Shown here piece after piece: positions 1 to 12,757 of a stretch of 64,000 bases of DNA; positions within the stretch are counted from its first letter, which is position 1; each line of letters opens with the position of its first letter. The notes under the pieces were generated by a model. That model did no database searches. It worked only from the letters and a program-made list of their open reading frames with translations, and was not told the DNA's origin. A program made the translations under genes and the position numbers. The stretch is from Antedon mediterranea. Lineage: Eukaryota; Animalia; Echinodermata. Location of the stretch: contig NC_092673.1 of the NCBI RefSeq assembly GCF_964355755.1, positions 13,674,948 through 13,738,947 of the forward strand. The letters run 5' to 3'.

Positions 1-788
1 TCAGGACTATATACATGAAAAATAATTTTAATCGTTAATTATTAGAACAATATCAGTATTAATTTAACAGTGAAGTATATTTGATTAACAACAAATAAAA
101 TCTTCAAAATATATTTAGGAACCATGGCGGTACGGTAACTTTTATATTTTCTAGGCCCCCAACAAAGTATGATCGCGACGAACCACGCACTTCAAAGCGT
201 AACAAGAAAGCACTAGGCCCCCTAAACATTCCATCGCGTGGTGAATTGCCACATCTCCCATTGTCGCTATGGCGTGATGTAGCTCAAGTCGGACTTGCGC
301 GAAGAAAATAATGTAATTTGTATACAGTTGTAAATAAAGATGATTTTCATTATTATAACTTATACCAATGTATATTTAATTAAGCTAATATAAATATAGA
401 TATTTCATTCTTCAATATCTGGCCAATATAACAACTCAATGACTGTTACGTTTTTTATAAACATCGTTTAAAAACCATTTAGTCGACTATTTAGCCTGCC
501 CCCTCCAGGACTAAAAAAATCGATCAAAATCCGTCTCGATTTAGTCGAGGTTGGCCTGATTTAGTCGGTGATTTAGTTGAAGTTCGGTTTATGAATTAAA
601 ATGACGTCATTTTTTTAGTTTTAGCTCGAACTACGACTAAAGTCCGGTTTAAGAATACGGGCGTCTGACCAGGTCAAAGCAGATAGAACTATGTATACAT
701 TCATGACAATGCATGAACGTTACATCGTTTACATGTTTTTTTGTGTTTTTTTTATGTATATAATGTTTACCATACTGATTTGTTCTTA

Positions 789-1069
789 TACACTCGTCAA
801 TTGTATAATAATTACAGGGGTGCGTCAAAAAACCTAGATGGTACATCACATCAATGAACAAGGTGTGTCAATGTCCGTCACTTTACCACCCACCATATCA
901 TAAACAACATGGTCACAGTGCGTCAAAATGGGTGCGTCATGGTCACCTAAAGGTAAGTCACCTTTTTGATGCACGGGTGCGTCATGGTATTCAAAAGTAT
1001 GACGCACATCGGACAAATGACGCACCTCTCCCGGGGGTCGTATAGTGGGTCATACAATTGACAAGTGCA
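789..1069. mobile_element. PIF/Harbinger-type (Tourist-like) MITE
   Basis: Imperfect TIRs (TACACTCGTCAATTGTAT / ATACAATTGACAAGTGCA) flanked by TTA on both sides. The paralogous sequence at ~35740-35995 lacks the insert and has a single TTA. Confidence 0.8.
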
Positions 1070-1649
1070 TTACTACTTTGCATTGCATTTTAATTCAAAA
1101 TAATTTAAAACGTAATTGTTACATGGACAATTATCTGAATAATTGATTTAATTTATGAAAATATCATATCACTGATGCCAACTTTACTGTTCTTTAAAAT
1201 CTGAACCTGGAAATACATTTGACATAGCTATTTCACTGTCGTATCATAAGGTACGGGGGTATGTAGTTGCTGTCTGCTAATCATGGTCGTGTATTTTCAT
1301 TGGTTAAGGTTAAAATCACTGGTGCATCACTGGATTAGCGTTATGAAATCTACCCTCTCCCGCTAGAGTTATTAACGCCACTGGCGCGGAGTTACAGCTC
1401 CCTAACGCTAATCCGCGGCATGGTTCAGACACAAAAATATGTACACCGCTTACATAACTCCACCGTAACTCCGTGAGTCTGAACATACCCTTAAATTATT
1501 TAAATGACTAGCCTCTCCAGGTAGACCTACTAGACTAGGCCAAGTAAGTGATTACTGAAAAAGGCTAGTCGCAGCATAAAGAAAAGGATAACGCTTATAA
1601 CTACGTAATAAATTTGTGCATTGGGACAATGCCATACATATCCCTTTTC

Positions 1650-1790
1650 CACCCGTTAATTGCGGAGTTGATCCGAAATTGTGTAACCAGAGCCGTACCT
1701 GTGACGCGGAAATGTAGGCCAGTGTAAACGACGGGTAAGTATTGACATTGTGGAATGTATTCAGCATCAAATCAACCCGGGACAATCCCA
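1650..1790. repeat. Harbinger-like subterminal repeat, inverted copy of ~31640-31785
   Basis: GCGGAGTTGATCCG..TAACCAGAG..GCGGAAATGTAGGCCAGTGTAAACGACG..GAATGTATTCAGC..TCAACCCGGGACA matches the reverse complement of 31640-31785. Confidence 0.65.
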
Positions 1791-2154
1791 TGCACTTGCC
1801 TGTTGGTGGTGTAAACAGTCCTGCATATGTTTTCCCCGTTGGTTGCTATTGCTATCCTCTCTCAATATAGTATTTAATGTACATACAATTAAGTTAAAAC
1901 TGATTCTGATTATTCGCTTATTAATAAATAAAACGTATGATTGTTATTTATTTTTATTAACGAGTAGACTCAATATTGCTATAAAAAAAATTGTTGGAGG
2001 TTTAATGGGCAGACCGTTAATAGGGTGTCTCTTCATGCGTGAGAGGGCAGGGTAATACTTTGATTATTCATTTACCCGGGTTGGTGTTTTGCAGTGTAAA
2101 AAGCATGCAGTTCGTGTCATTCCCGGGTTGACGAATCGGACTGAAAATTATTAA

Positions 2155-5052
2155 AATGGATATGAAAGGGTTCCTAGCAATATCATTTTATTGGCTCAAC
2201 GTGTAGATCAATCAGTTTTAAGCTTGCCATAGTCATACTTAATGTTTTGGAGAACGACAACGCCCTCAAAACGCCCCTGAGAAACCTGTGAAAAACTTTT
2301 TGTGACGTCACTAAAAGTTATTTTTGTATTACAGAGATAGGAATTTAGCAGTAAATCATTGATTGATGCAAAAGCATGGTAGTAATTACTTATCGCTTTG
2401 ATATTTTTATTCTTGGATAAGTATGTTAGCCTAATTGAATAAAATTAATTCATATTATCAACCATGTTTTTTTTTAAACGGATTTTAATTTCGTTTTTCA
2501 AGGCCATCTTTTACGAAATTCATAGCCAAATGCCTATCTTGCTGGGTACACGGAGTTATTTTGCGCATGCGTGAGAATCACAGATTCGATCTCCTTGGCC
2601 TCTCTCTCGACGAGTCGACCCTCCTCTCGCGAGCGATGTTTATTTCGCTATTTATTATACACGTATTATTGAAACATTCATTTTATTATTATTTCGTGGT
2701 AATTAACTGAAATTGATGGAAATTCGTCCACATCGTCTTGTTAACACGGGTGTTAACATCGTTTTGAAGAAACGGTTGGACGAGTAAATGGTGTTTGACA
2801 ATGCCATGGCCGGGAGCTAGCTAGGCCTTTTTAGTAGCGATGACTGCTGGATACGGTGTTTAGTCGCCCGGCCAGAGGTGAGCTGAGAGCGTATGCTCCT
2901 TGATGTATCGTTGAGGGTGTTAATGGTAGGCACAATTGTGTTACTGTATTATGTATACACATTATTTATAAGTATGTTTATTAATATTGGTGTGTGCTGT
3001 AGTGTCCTGACTAACGCATTATTAAAATATTTTTTTGTTATTTATTACATGCCGCCCTAGCCTAGGCAACACTGAATAATAAATATAGGATTCCCAATAA
3101 AATGAATAGAGTAGAGGTGGATTTTCTCTAATGTAGTAATAAAGGTTATAACAGGCCAGGCCTAGTTAGGGGTATTTGAGCTTGTATTTGTATCATATAT
3201 TATTAATACAGTAAATAAACAATTCATTTGTATTTTTACCTACCTACAGGTCTATAATTGGAGTGCAACTATGATAATTGATGGACGGGATAAGCAAATG
3301 TATTTATTGATTGGAATGGAAGTGCAAATGTTAGAGTCAAATTATAATATTAAGGTAACAGATACTGAGCATTGCTATTTTAAACTGTTGATCAAACCTA
3401 CATAATACATTATACTAAATTATTATTTTGTTTTGAGGGCAGATAAACATGTGCTTATTCATTTTCCTTTTTTTCAGGTGAATAGAAAGATGCCCAGCGT
3501 ACTTTATAATAGATGCTACTTGGATCATGCTTGCACGATACATATGCAGTATACTAAGACACCAAGTATAGAATGAGCGCAGACAATTACAATTACAGAA
3601 CTAAATATTTATGAAGAATAGTAAAATATGCATAATAGAATTCTTTAGATGTGAGTGCTAGGGTTACAGTCATACTGTAACTATGGTAATGTACTACCAG
3701 ACAGTACACTAGTAGCAGTGCATCATATAGTGTTTGTTTTTAACCATCTAAATGGGTCTGGGTATATAAACAAATAAACCACTACTGTACTTCTTTTTTT
3801 ATTTATTTAGCCAAATACTATGTACAATGGACATTTATGAAAGAATCCATCTCTTGAATATGATGGAGCTGGCTGGTGTTGATAGAATTAAAATGTATCA
3901 CTCAGGTCTCAAAAGTAATTTATGTCCCGTTTGAAAAATCCTGCTTGTTCCAAACTCATTATGATACATTTGTTCAATAAAATTCATTCCACACACTATT
4001 TCTGCCATATAATTTGTTGATGTTTACAATTTTATTACTAGTACTATAATTACAGTTCTTCAAAGCCATCTCATGTACTGTTGATTCCATAAATCTGCAA
4101 AGATAAGACCAATAAATGGATGGAAATGTACTATTATTTTTATTCAATCCTACCTAGGCCCTATAGTATTATATTTTATGACTTGGTAACAAACAGAAAG
4201 AGGTTATTATTTAATTACAGTTACTAACTAAACTATAATAATCCTCTCTGCCTCACCTCTGCTCTACTTAGTATTATTATATTACTATATTATTAGTCAA
4301 TAACAAAAGTCAGAGCCAAAAACAAGTTCAACACAAGCTTACCTTTTTTATTTACGTCGCCTTTTACATACGTCTACGCCCGCGCCTTGTCCACTTCCTG
4401 GAGGTTCGTCGGTGGACCGGCGACTACTACTCTCTTGTACTGTAGGCCATGGAGTAACTCCATGTGTAGGCCTAGCCTAGTATCTATAGTACTAGCGAAT
4501 TTAGAAGAAAATATAGTCTACTAGACCTAGCCTAATTTGTAGTCTGCGTGAGTGGTTTAGTGTGAGATGTACAAATACACCCTTTCTTCTTTTCACATAC
4601 AATCTTTGCAGACATAACTTTTGATTGATTTGTGAAATATCGATATTTTCTACGACTGCAGCAACAGGGAGCTTGCAACACGTGAGTCTCGTGTAGGATG
4701 GGTTTGTTTATTTTGTTTACACCACACAGACCGCGAACGAAACAAGGCGGTGATTGGACTGTATTAAAATTCATTAACCAATCACAAAACGACTGCTGCC
4801 GTGGCTACAACCCCGGGTGTTTCAAACTCTAAATTTGACGATCTCGTACGTGCGTATAGAACGTTCATAAAAATTAAGATGGCGTGCCAGTTGGTCGGCC
4901 ATTTTGCGGACGTTTTATACCAAAATTTAATTAATTTATTTCTCAAGTTCTACTAGGTATTTGAATCTAATTTTTTGTGTGCTGTTTATTAACATTAAAA
5001 GGATTCATACAAAGTCATTTTTGTGAAATTTTAAAATCCTTTCATATCCATT
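2155..5052. mobile_element. Non-autonomous Kolobok-type DNA transposon (2.9 kb)
   Basis: Perfect 15-bp TIRs AATGGATATGAAAGG with TTAA at both ends (2151-2154, 5053-5056). Both subterminal regions are homologous, in inverted orientation, to the ends of the coding element at 8280-18715. Confidence 0.9.
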
Positions 5053-5327
5053 TTAAACAATTTTAATTTATCTCAAATGCATAAACGGCCAAATGTTTTG
5101 TCAAAAGCACTAACTGACTGTTGCGCAGAGTTTGGAAAAATATTTCATGCCAATAATACATCTGATATGTCAGGATTCAATTACAGATAACATGGCACAG
5201 CCCCGGATACGGCCATGACTATTCTTCGGTAGAAAAATCACATTTTTACATGGAAATAAGACGATTTAGACACTGAAACTGATAAATAATATGCCTGATG
5301 TGTTTATAATATATAAATCCAAAGGCA

Positions 5328-5938
5328 AACTAGAATTTAATTCGTCACTTTGACGAATTATAGGTGATCATTTTTATCATTTTAATGAAATTAACTTTTT
5401 TTAAACATGCATGTACGTTACCATACGATCGTAAAAAGTTGATGTACGCCATCCTATAACATGATGCATACACTTATAGTGCGGAGTTGTACCTATTATG
5501 TGTCATACAATATGTACAGTATATACTGTATATCTATATACAGTGTAGCATAGGTGAAATTACGGGACCCACATCATGTTCTAATTTTTTGGTATGATGG
5601 AATTATCAAAATAATAAATAGATAATGAATTGAGCAAATAAATATAAGGATTGGAAGAGAATTTGACACGTAGAAGCGCAATGCGCGCTCTTTGAAATTT
5701 ATATAATTGATAATGTGATTTCACAAAATGGCGTATAAATGATGTCACGGATGAGTGATCATGCTGAAAAGCTTATTAGGACTAAGTTAGAGTATTTCAA
5801 AGACATTGTGAAATTTTTGTGATCATTGCTATTCAACTTTTTGAGATATTCGATACACAAAAAGTGTACAGAAAGAATAATAATAAAGATTTTGTACAAT
5901 AACAATAGGTGATCATTTTATTCTAAATGATCACCTAA
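5328..5938 (-). mobile_element. Helentron/HINE-type non-autonomous rolling-circle element
   Basis: On the minus strand: 5' subterminal IR TAGGTGATCAT..ATGATCACC, a 3' partner ATGATCACCTA, hairpin AATTCGTCAAAGTGACGAATT and a CTAGTT end. A related 3' end lies at ~24650-24682. Confidence 0.65.
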
Positions 5939-6053
5939 TTACTGAAAAAAATGACAATGCTGTGGGTATCAGTGGCTGGATCTCAATGGAGATACAAATA
6001 AAATGCAAAAAGCTAAATCAAAACGATAAAGTAAACAGCCAGAAAAGTTAGCA

Positions 6054-6085
6054 GAGCTTTCGGGCAACACTAGCCCTTCATCATA
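6054..6085 (-). ncRNA. Degenerate hammerhead ribozyme motif (Penelope 3' region)
   Basis: Minus strand reads aTGATGA-A-GGGC-tagtgtt-GCCC-GAAA-GCTC. The core C3 position is mutated and stem I is weak. Confidence 0.5.
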
Positions 6086-6163
6086 TAGATGCGTTGAGAC
6101 AGCAAAAGTGCTCAATTGAACTCAAGAGCGAATATATATTTATGAATTAGATAGAACACGGGC

Positions 6164-6206
6164 GTCTATTACACGGTGTTTCACGTTAAACGATCTTCAG
6201 ATAGAC
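6164..6206 (-). ncRNA. Type I minimal hammerhead ribozyme
   Basis: Minus strand reads GTCTAT-CTGAAGA-tcgtttaacgt-GAAA-CACCGTGT-A-ATAGAC: 6-bp stem I, intact CUGANGA and GAAA boxes, palindromic stem III, GUA cleavage triplet. Confidence 0.8.
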
Positions 6207-6240
6207 TGAACAATACCGTATCTCGAGGTGTTATAAGGCT

Positions 6241-6915
6241 TTAGTCAGGTGGTATGTAAATTTTCTTGTTATGACGACATTTTGAAATCAGTTCAGACCT
6301 TTTGTTTAACAAATTTGTTTTGTTTGCATTTAGAATACATAGCTTTTCATCTAAACAAAGACTAAAATGCCCATAAGCGGCGTTCTTAGTGGAGAAATAT
6401 TTAATTACTTTCCATTTAATTGTGAACATTACGTCATTACTTTTCAAAGACCATACGTACTTTGAGAGCTCGGATTCTTTACTGTACGTTTCTTTTTTGA
6501 ACGATTTCTTGTGATTGTTAAACCTAGTTTTAATAAACTGCCCACCCGTCATACCAATATATGTCTTAGTTTCGTTATTGGTTATGACGTTGGCGGAGTA
6601 GACAATTTCAGATGCGAGGCATGAACCATTTAGGGGGCATTCGGGTTTGTTGCGGCAATTGCACGCACTTTCTCGTTCTGTATGGGGGTTCAGTACATTG
6701 TGGTTATGCTTGCTAATTACATTTTTTACACATGGCATACAACTATAGCTTACTTTAACATTGTTCTTATTAAATATTTTATGTAATACGTGTCCATTGG
6801 GAAAATGTTTTTTAATTAATTGTAAAAAGGTTCGTGCAACATTTGTCTTAATGTTCGTACTGAATGGTGGGTTGAACCATATTATGTTTCTCCCTCTGTT
6901 TCTTCTTATACCGGA
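6241..6915 (-). mobile_element. Penelope-like retroelement, 5'-truncated (C-terminal GIY-YIG endonuclease region)
   Basis: RNIIWFNPPFS..KVSYSCMP..CNCRNKPECPLNGSCL..IVYSA..YIGMT..KTRFNNHKKSF..LSKYVW..LLNKRSELISKCRH is the typical Penelope C-terminus. Confidence 0.92.
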
Positions 6916-6952
6916 TGCGGAGTGGTGGGTGTAGAGTAAGTTATCTTTGTGT

Positions 6953-8281
6953 TAGTCCAGATCCCTATGTCAAAAAAAGTGCCTTCGTGTGCAGATCATG
7001 GGGAAAGTGTAAACATTGTGTTTTATGAATATTTGAATCATGCTGGTTATAAAAACCTATGTTGTCAAATTTCTAAAATTCATCTTTTACCTCTGACCTC
7101 AATTTGATTGTTTTGACCCATTGAAAACAAAATGATCATATCTTTGCAACGCTTAGATTAAATGAAATAATTTTAGTGTCAAATTATTTGGGAGATGCAT
7201 ATTAATATTCGTTCTAATGGAAAAGTTTGTCCAAAAATGGCTGGAAGTATGATTTTTTGCATATTTGACCTTTGACCTACATATCATATAACTCCGTAAC
7301 TAATAGTTGGACAAACTTTAAATAGGGCTCAAATTAATCTGGAGGTATATGTTTCTATTCAGTCTAATGAGAACTTTTTCAAGAAAATGACCCGAAATAT
7401 TTTTATTGACCTTTGACCTGTACTGGTAGTACATATTTCTATAATCTCAAAAACTATTGACCGTAAAATGGTTGTTTTTGTGAAATGGTTCGAAAAATTT
7501 ACATTTATATGTTGTATAATAACAACATTTTATAGAAGTGTAAAAGAATTCTATTTATGATCACTAACTTTGTAATTTATTAACATCACTAGCATTTGTT
7601 ATAATATTAAAATGTGTCATATTTGCTGATTTTAAGCACTTCACATGAATTTATCAGAAAATATGTGTATTTAATATAAAATTTATTTTTTTTTATATAA
7701 AGAAAATTTAATTGTCTATCAAATAAGACTATTTTCAAATTATTATGGCTAAAACTTAATTAGATACAGGCAAAAAAGTGTATTTTTACTTATGTGAACA
7801 GCACCCTCAATCTTCATTTTTCCCCAAAAAATACCACATTTTCATGTGGTTTCATAAACTTAGCTGGTTGTAACTTTTTAAAAGATTTGTTGTCAGTGAC
7901 GTGTAACTTCTAAGTAAGTTTCTGAGATAAAATGAAAACAATATTTTTATAGCTTGATATTTTTCCTGAGGTTATTACATGGTGCATGCTAAAAAGATTT
8001 TGATTTTGTGCTAAAAATACATCTTTTTGGTCCAGTACAAACAATCTTGTACAGCCATTCTTACACAAACCGCATATTTTATTGGAAAGATAATCATAAT
8101 ATCTATCCAATAAAATATGAATTTTGTGTATTAATATCTGCTAGATAGCTTTTATTAAACCAAAAAGATGGACTTTTAGCTCAAAATTAAAATATTTTTT
8201 TTGATGTGCATCATGTAATAACCTCAACAAACATATCAAGCTATCGGAATATTTTTCTCAATTTTTTCAGAAACTGACCTA
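6953..8281. repeat. Palindromic/foldback non-autonomous element with a TAG (Academ-like) terminus; probable host of the Kolobok insertion
   Basis: Starts TAGTCCAG. Internal inverted arms 7912-8030 / 8160-8281; outer arm 7761-7830 matches the reverse complement of 18727-18796. GACCTTTGACC-type units are shared with ~25850-26320, ~41150-41610 and ~57900-58320. Confidence 0.55.
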
Positions 8282-10267
8282 GTACGTTATAAAAGTGGTA
8301 TGTTAAGTGTAAAACCATCGAAAGATGGCCGACCAACCATCATGCCATCTTGGATTTTATTAACGTTCTAAACAAACGTACGCGGAATCTTCCGATTAAT
8401 TTAAAACGCCCGCTTTTGCATCCACGGCAGCAGCTGTTTCGTGATTGGTTAAGAATGCCCAACTACAGCCAATGAGCTTCTTTCAAAGCGGACAGGAAGC
8501 GAACGTAAACAACACACGTCATACATCACACACACGATACACACATGTCAAGCCGATTCTAGGCTAGGCCGGCCGACCGAGAGTGTTTACATTTTCTCCG
8601 AAGATGAAAAGTTGGTTTTAAAGCCTCATTTACAGTTTTACCTAATGAAGTTTTTTGCATAAAACCTAATATGATATAAGCCCAATTGAAGGACAATGGT
8701 AGTAGTAGACGGCAAAAGACGAGAGCACCTCTTGAATGGACCTTGAATGATGATGGATTGCCTTGAATATCACGCATCGTGCATTAAACTAAAAAGGTGG
8801 ACAATTTGTACCTGATGAAAAAAAAAACGGGTAAGCTCTACTTTTTTATTCGTGACTCTAAATAATGGCCATCATATAAACTGTAGTACAGTATTATTAA
8901 ATATATGAATTATATTATTTATTTAATTTAACCTTTTGTTTACTAAAAATACTGCTGTTAATTCAAGTTACAAGCTTGACTTATATATTACTCAAACTTT
9001 GTTTACTCGACCATTACTGGGCAGTAGCTAGGCCTACCTATGGTACCAGTCGAGTTTTAGGGGCTATACCAATTACCTTTATATATATTATATACTTACT
9101 ATCTTTTATCTTTGCAGATGGAATATTGACTTGTTGTGGCAAGAAATGCAAGGAATTAAAAACTGATTTTACAGCATTGTAGATTTATGTTGCATTAATA
9201 ATAATTCTATTTAAACATAGAAGAATCTTAAAATGTGGACCAAGGAGTATTGTTCAGATTTATAAACATTTTAATTGTATAATAAATAATATATGTTTTA
9301 GTCAATTTGAAAGAGTAGGGCCTATATAATTTTATATTTATTTAATTTCTTGCTGAATGAAAATAAATGAATTAAATGTACACTTGTCTCAATGCTATTT
9401 TTTATATTACACACCTAGTCAACCATTTTCAAACATTGGCCTATTTTTGTTCACCATTTATTTATGATGTAGCTGTCTACCTAGTTGTTGAAATATTGGA
9501 TGGTTATCAAGCTTGGTTAAAAACAATGGCCAATACTGTATATACTTATATAGGACAGGCAGCTCTATCATTGCAAAAAAATTTCAAAAATTTGTCTGTC
9601 CAGCGTCAGCGTGTGACACACTGACATGACCCTTTGGAAAATCCATAGAGGAGGCATGCGCGTCCTCTGGGACACGTTGGTTTGAGAAAAAATCGAGTTG
9701 AATACAGTGCAGTTGTCCAGTTGGATAGTACAGTATAAGGTTTTCCGAACAATGCCTAATGCGTGCTGTATTTGAGGGTGCAACAGGACCCCAACATCCC
9801 ACCCACATGTATCCTTTCTCCTTTTTCCAAGCCAAGTGGACCAAGTGGAAACTTTAAAAAAATGGGAGGATTTCGTAAAATTAACTAGAAAAGGATACAT
9901 CTGGAAGCCGTCTCATAAAATATGCACCGAGCATTTTTGTATAGAAGATAACATAAACCACACCGAAATGCAAGAGATGGGAAAGAAGGGGAAAAAGATA
10001 AGATACCGTCTTCGTCCTGGCGCTTTCCCAACATTGAAATCGCCAGTAATAGAAGAGAATAGGGATGATAGCACGAAGCCAAAAAAGAAGATGCGGACCT
10101 GTAATCGGAGGCGAGAGGTCAATAGGGTAGGCATACAGTACTCAAATCACAAAACATTTTGTTTATCATAAATTGCCCAGATAGAATATTGGTATTGTAC
10201 TAAAATACAACTTACGAATAGAAACAATCTCCATTTAGGCCTAGGCCCTAATTTATGAATTGAAATA

Positions 10268-10798
10268 CAGTAGAACCTCCATTTTACGTACGGTACGGGA
10301 CCGAAAGGCGTACGTAAAACAAAGGATTCGTAAAATCAAGGTTGACCTTAAATTGACCCCAAATACGTAGAGATCGTAGCTATAAAGGCTACCCTGTTTG
10401 TCTACTTTATTGAACAGGATGCAGGTTGTCACTAGCTAGGCCTTGCCTAGACTATTCAGGCCAGGCTAGGCTAGCAGGCCTAGCAAGATGTGAGGCCTAA
10501 CTAGAAAAGTACAGTACTGTACAGTATATACAGGCTGTGAGATGTTTAAATAAAGTTTAAAATATCAATGTTCTTGTATTTTCTATCAATAAAAACAGTC
10601 GCTGCTTAAATGCACGTGCGTAGCTTGACTCAAACACACAGCAGAATTCCACACACAGCCATGATTGTGGCTTTGTGTGCTTTGTTGTTGTTAAATTGCG
10701 CCCTCAATGTAAGAAAATGATGACGTCATCGGTTATTTTAAGCGTACGTAAAATCAAGGGAACGTAAATTCAGGGTACGTAAAACACAGGTTCTACTG
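10268..10798. mobile_element. Tc1/mariner(pogo)-type MITE in transposase intron 1
   Basis: TA|CAGTAGAACC ... GGTTCTACTG|TA, with repeated TACGTAAAA subterminal motifs. Confidence 0.85.
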
Positions 10799-12569
10799 TA
10801 TAATAATTGTGGATAGAAATAATCTCCGTGTAGGCCTAAACTTCTTCGTAGATGCATGACGGCTAATTTAAAAATAGCAAAATTTTGAACGCGCGTTACG
10901 CACAGTACTTTTTAAATTGCCGTACGAAATAATGGTATGCGGCATACAGGGTCTAGCATTGTCACTAGACTCTATAACTTATTATACCGTCTTAGGCCTA
11001 CAATCGTTTTAGATTAGTTCAATCTGGTAAATACGCATAGGCCAAAAAAACGCAGAAATTATTTATTTATTTCTTCTTTTTTTTCAGATTTTAGCCAGCC
11101 GTGGTCCAAGTACATCGTCGGTATGTAGGCCTTTTTCACGGATGGCAAACAATGCTGTGCAGGGAAGCGTAACCAACAGAAATAACATAGCACACCACAG
11201 TGTATAAAAGCATAATAGGCGCCGCAACTGCATCGCGGGAAAAACGGTGGTGACAAACGCTTATGCTTATACACGGGTGTTTTTTTTTAGGGATTTTAAG
11301 CGAACAAAAAAAACAATTTCTAATTTTTTTTCAGACATACAGTGATGTTTTAGGCCAATCTTTTAAGAAAATGTTACAGTAACTTTATTTTCTCATACGA
11401 TCATCCATCCGTTCAGGGGTTACAATTTTTTAATTAACATGGTGTCTTGAAATCCAGCACAGCATTGTTTGTCATCGGTCGAAGATGTCTTCCATTTCGT
11501 GAAAAGGCTTATACAAAAAGTCTATGCCTATCTACCAATTAAAATTAATGCAGGGAGTCATTAGATTAATTTTGATTAAATCCCTATGGAAATTATTTCT
11601 AGTACTGTTTTTTAAATGTAATAATTACTATATTTTTGTACATAGGCACAAGGACAGTATGTGCAGTCTTCAGGTAATGCCAATATTAATACTAAACTTT
11701 TTTACATTGATGATTCTGTCTTCACTATCAAACTACTATGCTTACATATGATGGTTCTATGACATCATCATGTCCATATATGGGCACATCACATTTTTTT
11801 GTCACATAAAGTTTGACAGTGTAGACAGAGCTTAAGGCCAATTGTTTTTATTGCACACTTATATATCTTGATTTGATGTCAATCAAATACTTGTCAATGC
11901 TGTTTTTTGACATGACAAATTTACTTCACAATAGATTCAGATGATGAAGGAAGAAATATAAGAGGCACACGTGGCGCATTCAATTTATATTCGGAATCCG
12001 ACAGTGATAGTGACCATGACGATGCAGATGCGGACTACATTGCTCCAGATGACCAAACAGATTATATAGAACCAGCGGATACTGTTAGAGATCAGCGAAA
12101 ATATATCGTTGGTCAAAGAGAATTAATGGCTCTCTTTGACAGGTGTCGGCAGTGTGGAGGGAAAGCAGATAGAAAAATAAAGAGAGAGTGTGGAACAGCA
12201 GTAGAGATAGAGTCAAAGTGCAGAAATCGAAGTTGCGACTATCAATTTGAATGGATGAGCCAACCAAAACATGGAAAAATGTTTTTGTTTAACATTCTTT
12301 TGTCTGCCGCTATTCTTGTGTCATGTAAGATAAGGTTTATTCTTTTTAATTTTTATGAAGGCTTGAAATAATCTAAAAGTTTACGGTTCAATCAACATGG
12401 ACACTATTTACAGTACATAAATACATTTTTTTATATTTCTAGGTTGTTGTATAACACAGTTTTTAAGAGCTATAAGATTTTTAAACATTGCAGTTTTTAC
12501 TGATAGAACATATTTTTACCACCAGAAATGGTAAGTACAGTACAACTATTATTATATTTTTTAAATGGT

Positions 12570-12757
12570 CTATCGCATTCATTTACTTCTGCTGCCTCTC
12601 GCTTATGGAATGACCTACCCGCCTCAATTCGATCATGTTCTTCTACTATCGCCTTTAAATCTGCCTTAAAAACTCAAATTCAAATTAGCTCTCTCATACA
12701 CCGTGCCTTTAATCACTTACTGCTGGAATTGGCGCTTTACAAATTCGTATTATTATT
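12570..12757 (+). mobile_element. 3' end of an L2/CR1-group LINE in transposase intron 4
   Basis: Encodes SFTSAASRLWNDLPASIR..FKSALKT (LINE ORF2 C-terminus), followed by GGCGCTTTACAAAT and a (TAT)n tail. Confidence 0.8.
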
